Assembly (NCBI GenBank): GCA_032718475.1
Contig: JAUCBJ010004703.1
Span: forward strand, 1-43,451
DNA from: Nemertoderma westbladi
Taxonomy: Eukaryota; Animalia; Xenacoelomorpha
Length of the DNA: 43,451 nt
Direction of reading: 5' to 3'
Shown here piece after piece: positions 34,636 to 43,451 of this stretch (within the stretch, counting starts at the first letter, position 1; every line of letters starts with the position of its first letter). Position numbers and translations under genes: made by a program. The notes beneath the pieces are model-generated. The model was not told the origin of the DNA and did not search any database. It saw nothing but the letters and a program-made list of their open reading frames with translations.

Positions 34636-36640
34636 CAAAAAGGTACGGACATTTCTTCTTTATAATTTAAATTAGCCGCTATGTATACTACAAATTAATT
34701 ATATTATATTTCACAAACCACCAAAACGAATATCAGTGCAAAATATTGTAGGCTACTGTAGTTAGTTAACGTGCTGTCGATAATAAAAGGCAGATGTAAA
34801 TCATACGTTACGAAATATAAATTCATCACATGCTATATAAATAAATAAATTCAAACCAACATTCCAATAGACTTAAAGCCCGGATCACAGATACACATCA
34901 CGGAAATCGCAATACTGCCCAATCACAGCGTTTTGATTTTGTTTACAGGGGTGGAGGGGGGGGGGGGGGGGGGGGGGGGGTAATCATGACGTAATCAAAT
35001 TAAAATCTCTCCAGGGAAACCGACGCGTATACGTCAGCTGATTACTGTCAACTTGAAACTGAAACATGTGAGGCTGTAGATTGTTTTGTTTATAATAACC
35101 TGCCTCTGAATGTACATTTCCTTTACCTGATACAATATTGATTAGTCAATACAATATTACCACCCCCCCCCCCCCCCCCCCGTCTCGAGTGTATAGTTTG
35201 GAGAGTTCCTTTCTGCGAGAAATGTATGACAGGCATCACAATCAAGATTGGGGATAGATGAATACAACTTAGGTAATACAGGGGGATAATAAATCAATAA
35301 TATTTAGCCCATTATAATTAAATTAATAAAATCTTAGTTAAATCCTACAAATATGTCAGGAAAAAATACGAAAATAATATACATTCCTTATTATACTGAC
35401 GTTATAAGGGAACAATAAAGAAAAATTCAATTCAAATTAACATTTAAATCAATAATAATGTTGAACGCCTTTATTCGAGTTATTTGTACTTTATACTGTA
35501 AAATAGTTTACACAACAGTAATTAATACTTGGATTCAAAACTAGAGACAAAAAAGTATCAGAAAATAAGCATATAGTATCTCTTTATGGCTGGCTGACCA
35601 AACAGTCGCATTTATGAACAGAACAGAACAGAATCAGTAAGGTAACTAAAACGGATATGTTAACAATCCCTTTTGGATAAACAAAGACCCATCACCATGG
35701 CAATGCCTACCCTATTTACTGTAATGTGAAGAATATAACTGGTATTAAAATAGAAAATGCGTAAATTTATTACCACGCGGCGGTAAACATATTATAGACC
35801 TGCAGCAAGGCCGAGTAGTACCAACGCCAGATTGGATATTTGACGGTATTTAATGGCCTCTAAGTTAAATTAATAAAATAAAAGGTTAAAAAGTAAAACG
35901 AAAGAAAAATAAGTGACTGGAAAATAAGTTGCAGAATTTCGGAATTAAAAAATCGAAGAAACTCCCAAAGTCCGATACAGTATATCCTTTATAAATATTC
36001 TGGTTTGAAGATTTATAAAATGTTCAATTGTTATAGATAGTATAATATGAATTCTATAACAGCCAATATAAATTTAACTCAACTGCAGATACAATTAACA
36101 CTTAATGAACACCCCATCCCCGTCACAAAACGTAAAACATACATCCATTACTTTATGTGATTTTCCTATATGCACCTAAAGATTTTAATAGCTATCCAAT
36201 AGTTGTATTTACCTTAATTCAACATTTTTAAGGTGTCGTGTAAAGCTTCAACGGAAACGTGATAAATTATTAATAATACGGTGGGAAGGGAATACACATC
36301 TGCAAAAATAATTCCAGTCGGTTGGCTTAACTCCAAAAGTAAATTGTCAACAAAACTTTACAATAATAAATGAACCCTATCTTTTTATTTTATAAGTAAA
36401 CCAATGAGGTACGCATAATATTAACTAATAATAATAATAATAATAGTAGTAATAATAATAATAAAAGAAACAACAACATTAACAATAATAATAATGTTGG
36501 TTGTCACAATGTCGCAATACAGGCCATTAAAATACTATATAGCTCTATACTAATTAACTACACTTCTATGTAGTTTTAGTTCATAAAAGTTCGGATTAAT
36601 ATAAGCACCATTCGCGCACTATGTGGGTGTCACTCCATTT

Positions 36641-37553
36641 TGTGACAAACATCCAGCTGTGTGACAAACATCCAGATATGTGACAAACACCCAGCTGTGT
36701 GACAGACACTCAGCTGTGTGACAAACAACCAGCTACCGTGCGACAAACATCCAGGTGTGTGACAGACATCCAGCTGTGCGACAGACATCCAGCGGTTTGA
36801 CAGGCACACAGCTTTGTGACAGACATCCAGATGTGTGACAGACACTCAGCTGTGTGACATACATCCAGCTGTGTGACAGACACTCAGCTGTGTGACAGAC
36901 ATCCAGCTGTGTGACAGATACTCAGCTGTGTGACATACATCCAGATGTGTGACAAACATCCAGCTTTGTGACAGACATCCAGATGTGTGACAGACACACA
37001 GCTGTGTAACAGACATCCAGCTGTGCGACAGACATCCAGCGGTTTGACAGGCACACAGCTTTGTGACAGACATCCAGATGTGTGACAGACACTCAGCTGT
37101 GTGACATACATCCAGCTGTGTGACAGACACTCAGCTGTGTGACAGACATCCAGCTGTGGACAGATACTCAGCTGTGTGACATACATCCAGATGTGTGACA
37201 AACATCCAGCTGTCCGACAAACATCCAGCTGTGTGACAGACATCCAGCTGTGTGACAGACATCCAGCTGTGTGACAAACATCCAGCTGTCCGACAAACAT
37301 CCAGCTGTGTGACAAACATCCAGCTGTCCGACAAACATCCAGCTGTGTGACAGACATCCAGCTGTCCGACAAACATCCAGCTGTGTGACAGACATCCAGC
37401 TGTGTGACAGACATCCAACTTTGTGACAGACATCCAGATGTGTGACAGACACTCAGCTGTGTGACAGACATCCAGCTGTGTGACAGATACTCAGCTGTGT
37501 GACATACATCCAGATGTGTGCAGACAGACACTCAGCTGTGTGACCAACACTCA
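36641..37553. repeat. 20-bp minisatellite (TGTGACAGACATCCAGCTGT)n, about 45 copies, starting about 45 nt after the S6K stop codon
   Basis: Directly visible. Explains the minus-strand repetitive ORFs. Confidence 0.95.
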
Positions 37554-37598
37554 GTAAGAGCGACACCCAAGTGACATCCCAAAGTGGCGTTGGTCCCC

Positions 37599-37901
37599 TC
37601 ACCGCCTCACAGGCATGGCGCTCGCCATTGGTTGCTGCATATTATTGGGTGCGGCGTCCATAGGTCTGCCCCACATGGGCGGTGGGACTGTAGAGTTGAG
37701 TGGAGGGGCTTCCAGTAAGTGGGTCCCGCTCGTGTCCATAGCTTCGGAGTCTCTGGACGTCTCATAGACGAAGGAGGTATTGGTAGACCCCAAGGGCGGA
37801 CTGAAGGGGCCTTTACGAGGAGACCGAACGTACTGACGAGTCGGGGGTTCAAAGTTCTTGGCGAGACTTTCTAATACCGAGGGGGCAACGTAGGTAAACC
37901 C
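37599..37901 (-). CDS. RPS6KB: Ribosomal protein S6 kinase beta (p70 S6K), terminal coding exon
   Basis: Acceptor ccattacag|GGG. Translation GFTYVAPSVLESLAKNFEPPTRQYVRSPRKGPFSPP...EAMDTSG...PVRR*. Completes the hydrophobic motif FQ-GFTY and carries autoinhibitory SP sites. Confidence 0.92.
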   Translation of the reverse strand, partial: GFTYVAPSVLESLAKNFEPPTRQYVRSPRKGPFSPPLGSTNTSFVYETSRDSEAMDTSGTHLLEAPPLNSTVPPPMWGRPMDAAPNNMQQPMASAMPVRR

Positions 37902-38844
37902 CTGTAATGGATTGATATAATAATGTATTAAATAATAGAGGAGGACCTTGAGCAGTTACGGGGACTTCGGGTATTACCCGAATTCTATTTCTTATTATTT
38001 ATACAGTTATATTTAACCCAATGATTTTTGTTGAGCATGGATCAAGCTATCCATTGGATAGCTTTGTAAACGAAAAATATGGCGCATTTTGTGCCGGTTA
38101 GTATATTTTTAAAAGTTGTATACATTTCGGGTTTTTTTTATATATGTAACATCCCGTGCAGAAATATCAGTAATACGACCTGGGATTCAGTTTTCGGTGC
38201 AAAAGTTTGACATTGTTGACGTAAGCCATCTTTTATTGAAAATTTCAACATATTTTATAATATGTTTTTTATATTTATAAAGGTGTTTGGAGGTTTTAGT
38301 AATAAGTTCGAGCTAGATTTTGGGCATCATATTTTGAGCAATTATAAATTCGGTTCTAGAAGATCCAAATTATTTTTCCAATACTCACAATTTATTGAAA
38401 CCCTGTAACGCTGTGATCATTTTTGTGCAAATTTTAATGAAAATAAAGTGAACATTAAAAAAGAATTTAGTGCTGAAAAATGTCAAAATGAATTCATAAT
38501 TCGTCAGTTTTAAATTCAGCCATAAATACTGATATTCTTGCTTACAAACAAATATTATATGTCCATTTTTAGTCTCTGCCGTCCACTGCGGTACATTTCT
38601 TCATTTTCATATTTTACCGAGAAAAATATATATTGAAAAATTGCCAACATTTTCGAAAAAATTTCAATAATTTTTCGTATTTTTTTAAAATAAGTAGCTC
38701 GGTATAAACAAAAAAAACTTTCAAATATTTCACATTTTGAAAAATAGAAATAGAAAAAAAAAATTTTTTCTAAGGAAGATTTCGTAAATTTTCGAAAATT
38801 AAACTTTCAATCGGGATAACACCGCAGTTGTTTCGTTCTCGAGT

Positions 38845-38975
38845 TATGGCTACTTTTGAGTAGCAGTTTCCTATGGGGTTTATAGTTCTGGGGGGACCGC
38901 GTTGGAAATATATCGACAGACTTGTGGGCAACCAACCCTTGGCCTAACCGCCGAAGAAAACTTAACTTAACTTTT
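38845..38975 (+). mobile_element. 5'-truncated SINE, same family as 29700-29977
   Basis: AGTTCTGGGGGGACCGC...GGAAAT...CAGACTT...TGGCCTA...CCGAAGAAAA plus a (CTTAA)n tail. Confidence 0.75.
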
Positions 38976-39169
38976 GTTGTGGGGTGGGTGACGGCGAATA
39001 TGGGCGGACGAATAGGGGCGATTGATAATTTTCGCTTTGGAGAGAGAGCATTATCATAATGTACTATAACATATAACTTAACTTTTACGATAACTTGGGA
39101 AATAATAGTTTTAAATTCAAACCCGCAACTTAATGAGAATAGAATACGGCGTCTGTTGGGTAAACCTAC

Positions 39170-39277
39170 CTGGAAGATCTGGTTGACGCTCTCACTGAGC
39201 ATAGAATCAACTGGGGAGTCGATAGGTGTCTGTTGGGTAAACTTCCTATCAAAGAAACTGACATCATCCTCTCCGCT
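39170..39277 (-). CDS. RPS6KB: p70 S6 kinase exon with the turn motif: SGEDDVSFFDRKFTQQTPIDSPVDSMLSESVNQIFQ
   Basis: 108 nt, phase 0/0, acceptor tgtttatttacag|AGC, donor CAG|gtaggt. Matches S6K1 [36 protein letters not shown]. Confidence 0.93.
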
Positions 39278-39374
39278 CTGTAAATAAACAAATTAACATA
39301 GACAATAAAGCCAATAAATTAATACTATTAATTATTTATAAATAACTTACTTATTATTATTAATAAATATTAAT

Positions 39375-42176
39375 TACTCACAACTTGGGATTTATAAGGA
39401 ATCACTCACCACTGGGGGTTTATAAGGAATCACTCACCACTGGGGGTTTATAAGGAATTACTCACCAGCTGGGGTTTATAAGGAATCACTCACCACTGGG
39501 GGTTGTTTATAAGGAATCACTCACCACTGGGGGTTTATAAGGAATTACTCACCAGCTGGGGTTTTATAAGGAATCACTCACCACTGGGGGTTTATAAGGA
39601 ATCACTCACCACTGGGGGTTTATAAGGAATCACTCACCACTGGGGGTTTATAAGGAATAACTCACCACTGGGGGTTTATAAGGAATCACTCACCACTGGG
39701 GGTTTATAAGGAATAACTCACCACTGGGGGTTTATAAGGAATCACTCACCACTGGGGGTTTATAAGGAATAACTCACCACTGGGGGTTTATAAGGAATTA
39801 CTCACCACTGGGGGTTTATAAGGAATAACTCACCACTGGGGGTTTATAAGGAATCACTCACCACTGGGGGTTTATAAGTAATCACTCACCACTGGGGGTT
39901 TATAAGGAATAACTCACCACTGGGGGTTTATAAGGAATCACTCACCACTGGGGGTTTATAAGGAATAACTCACCACTGGGGGTTTATAAGGAATTACTCA
40001 CCACTGGGGGTTTATAAGGAATTACTCACCACTGGGGGTTTATAAGGAATCACTCACCACTGGGGGTTTATAAGGAATTACTCACCAGCTGGGGTTTATA
40101 AGGAATAACTCACCACCTGGGGTTTATAAGGAATAACTTAACACTGGGGGTTTATAAGGAATAACTCACCACTGGGGGTTTATAAGGAATAACTCACCAC
40201 CTGGGGTTTATAAGGAATAACTCACCACTGCGGGTTTATAAGGAATCACTCACCACTGGGGGTTTATAAGGAATCACTCACCACTGGGGGTTTATAAGGA
40301 ATAACTCACCACTGGGGGTTTATAAGGAATCACTCACCACCTGGGGTTTATAAGGAATAACTCACCACTGGGGGTTTATAAGGAATAACTCACCAGCTGG
40401 GGTTTATAAGGAATAACTCACCACTGGGGGTTTATAAGGAATAACTCACCACTGGGGGTTTATAAGGAATCACTCACCACTGGGGGTTTATAAGGAATCA
40501 CTCACCACTGGGGGTTTATAAGGAATCACTCACCACCTGGGGTTTATAAGGAATAACTCACCACTGGGGGTTTATAAGGAATAACTCACCAGCTGGGGTT
40601 TATAAGGAATAACTCACCACCTGGGGTTTATAAGGAATAACTCACCAGCTGGGGTTTATAAGGAATCACTCACCACTGGGGGTTTATAAGGAATAACTCA
40701 CCACTGGGGGTTTATAAGGAATCACTCACCATTGGGGGTTTATAAGGAATCACTCACCACTGGGGGTTTATAAGGAATCACTCACCACTGGGGGTTTATA
40801 AGGAATAACTCACCACTGGGGGTTTATAAGGAGTAACTCACCAGCTGGGGTTTATAAGGAATCACTCACCACTGGGGGTTTATAAGGAATAACTCACCAG
40901 CTGGGGTTTATAAGGAATCACTCACCACTGGGGGTTTATAAGGAATCACTCACCACTGGGGGTTTATAAGGAATCACTCACCACTGGGGGTTTATAAGGA
41001 ATCACTCACCACTGGGGGTTTATAAGGAATAACTCACCACTGGGGGTTTATAAGGAATCACTCACCATTGGGGGTTTATAAGGAATCACTCACCACTGGG
41101 GGTTTATAAGGAATCACTCACCACTGGGGGTTTATAAGGAATAACTCACCACTGGGGGTTTATAAGGAATCACTCACCACTGGGGGTTTATAAGGAATCA
41201 CTCACCACTGGGGGTTTATAAGGAATCACTCACCACTGGGGGTTTATAAGGAATCACTCACCACTGGGGGTTTATAAGGAATAACTCACCACTGGGGGTT
41301 TATAAGGAATCACTCACCATTGGGGGTTTATAAGGAATCACTCACCACTGGGGGTTTATAAGGAATCACTCACCACTGGGGGTTTATAAGGAATAACTCA
41401 CCACTGGGGGTTTATAAGGAATCACTCACCACTGGGGGTTTATAAGGAATCACTCACCACTGGGGGTTTATAAGGAATCACTCACCACTGGGGGTTTATA
41501 AGGAATCACTCACCACTGGGGGTTTATAAGGAATCACTCACCACTGGGGGTTTATAAGGAATAACTCACCACTGGGGGTTTATAAGGAATAACTCACCAC
41601 TGGGGGTTTATAAGGAATCACTCACCACCTGGGGTTTATAAGGAATAACTCACCACTGGGGGTTTATAAGGAATAACTCACCAGCTGGGGTTTATAAGGA
41701 ATAACTCACCACCTGGGGTTTATAAGGAATAACTCACCACCTGGGGTTTATAAGGAATCACTCACCACCTGGGGTTTATAAGGAATAACTCACCACTGGG
41801 GGTTTATAAGGAATAACTCACCAGCTGGGGTTTATAAGGAATAACTCACCACCTGGGGTTTATAAGGAATAACTCACCACCTGGGGGTTTATAAGGAATA
41901 ACTCACCACCTGGGGTTTATAAGGAATCACTCACCACCTGGGGTTTATAAGGAATAACTCACCACTGGGGGTTTATAAGGAATAACTCACCACTGGGGGT
42001 TTATAAGGAATAACTCACCAGCTGGGGTTTATAAGGAATAACTCACCACTGGTGGTTTATAAGGAATAACTCACCACTGGGGGTTTATAAGGAATCACTC
42101 ACCACCTGGGGTTTATAAGGAATCACTCACCACTGGGGGTTTATAAGGAATAACTCACCACTGGGGGTTTATAAGG
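39375..42176 (-). repeat. 28-bp tandem array (about 100 copies) of the S6K exon/intron junction: CCTTATAAACCCCCAGTG|GTGAGTGATT
   Basis: The unit equals the last 18 nt of the exon (PYKPPV) plus the first 10 nt of the intron. The array is continuous with the exon at 42159-42176. Confidence 0.95.
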
Positions 42177-42365
42177 GGGCTCTAGTCTCATGGCGATACA
42201 ATCTTCCCAATTAATATTCCTAAAGAAAGGGTGTCGACGCACTGAAACACCGTTTTCCGTAGCGCCCCCTAGACGTTGAGCGGGGTTGCGCTTTAAGAGT
42301 TTACGTAGAATGTCTCGAGCTTCACTCGTCAAATAACCGGGCATCGACAATTTACCCTTTAAAAT
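42159..42365 (-). CDS. RPS6KB: p70 S6 kinase exon (end of the kinase domain): ILKGKLSMPGYLTSEARDILRKLLKRNPAQRLG...HPFFRNINWE...EPPYKPPV
   Basis: 207 nt, phase 0/0, acceptor attttgttttag|ATT, donor GTG|gtgagt. Closely resembles S6K1 subdomain XI and the AGC extension. I found no upstream exons in the window. Confidence 0.92.
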
Positions 42366-43451
42366 CTAAAACAAAATATTCACATATTCATTATCATCAA
42401 CCGTAGATGTAATTATTTTAACAATAAATTAATTAACCTCGGACAAAATTTAGCAATTTTCCTTCAGGATAACACTTTCCTTAGCAACATGTATTTTACA
42501 TAGCAACAAGGAAACTATTGGTGAAGGATTTCCCCAAATTTTGTACAGGCGAACTTTAATCCAATGAACTCTGAAACTTAAACTAAATTTGCGCAATTCG
42601 CAAATTTAGTTCCTAAACCAATCGAAATTTAATCAATTTTATTATAATTTTGGTAGGGAAATATAGAAAGCATATTATCACGGTTTTCTACTAAACCGGA
42701 GTACGTAACCTCGTCCCACCTCCAATTAGATTTGTTGTACTCATCAACCCATTACCAAAACATTGACCCGTTTAACAACTATTTCCGAAAATTAAACTAA
42801 TATAGTAAGTAGGGGCCTATTTTATGTTTATGAAACATCTTCGCTATCAAATTACAGGCACCTATGAAATAACGGTGTTTGTATGATTATTTCGTATTAG
42901 TCGTATTATTAGTATTTAATAGTTTTAATTAATTTAATATTAATAGTATTTCGTATTATTATTTAGTATTAGTATTAATAGTTGTCGTCAATGTATGTCG
43001 GTGCGGCGTAGCGTTTACATTCATTGTTACGCGACTGCCCATTATGATTGAATCACTGTTTATTACACAAGTGATTCAATTATGTTATAAAATCACTAAC
43101 TACTTCGATTCTTATTTTTCCCTTCTGTACCTTTTGTTTGGCTGTTGGCTGATGATATTATTATTATGCCCATTTTATTAGAAATACAATTGGGGTGATT
43201 TTGTGTGTGCGATTTTGATCTAACTACTGTACAGATTTCTTTGTTTCATCACAATCAAATAAACGAATCTATTCAAGTAGTCGGTTCACTGCTTACGTAT
43301 TCAAAATCAAATCACACTGTCATATCATCAAATCATACTATCATGTTATCATATCAGTTCCGGTTTAGGCCTTTTGCATAGAACCGAGTCGTTTAGTATT
43401 CATTAAACTATAGTGCATCATTGAAGCTTTTATGATTAAACAGTGAGTGTA

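Noticed and set aside
33600-34675. Cys-rich CPKC-repeat ORFs resembling zinc-finger or metallothionein proteins
   Set aside because: All three frames are open and cycle through the same peptide because the 23-bp unit has no stop codon, so this is a repeat artefact.
36630-37531. Minus-strand VCHTAGCLSHSW ORFs
   Set aside because: Translations of the 20-bp minisatellite downstream of the S6K stop.
38013-38819. Possible piggyBac-like element (TTAA-CCC ... GGG-ATAA) in an S6K intron
   Set aside because: The TIR match is short and imperfect, and the right TSD is not TTAA.
39375-42176. CRISPR-like array of 28-bp repeats
   Set aside because: Units are directly adjacent with no unique spacers, there are no cas genes, and the context is eukaryotic.
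31915-42365. Functional linkage of RPS12 and S6 kinase as a translation cluster
   Set aside because: The RPS12 copy is a nonsense-bearing retrocopy in a transposon and the S6K substrate is RPS6, so proximity is most likely coincidental.

Overview
AT-rich metazoan genomic DNA with spliceosomal introns. There is no sign of prokaryotic sequence or CRISPR. The host looks like an invertebrate, and the TAM receptor hints at a chordate or close relative, but the sequence alone cannot fix this. Genes: (1) the first two coding exons of an unidentified Lys/Pro-rich coiled-coil protein (- strand, 4462-4307 and 3414-3236); (2) a TAM-family (TYRO3/AXL/MERTK-like) receptor tyrosine kinase in only two coding exons (12928-12994 and 17564-20532, about 1011 aa); (3) an FBXL13/DRC6 gene with an uninterrupted coding sequence (- strand); (4) a processed RPS12 pseudogene with a poly(A) tail inside a TIR-bounded non-autonomous DNA transposon with a 4-bp TSD; (5) the last three coding exons of an S6 kinase (RPS6KB, - strand). 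Roughly a fifth of the window is minisatellite with 18-28 bp units. There are also RTE-like LINE fragments, tRNA-derived SINEs, MITE/foldback elements and six long G/C homopolymers. The most striking structure is an S6K intron built almost entirely from about 100 tandem copies of its own exon/intron junction, which makes about 100 consecutive GTGAGT splice donors. All homology calls are from recognition of motifs, not database searches.
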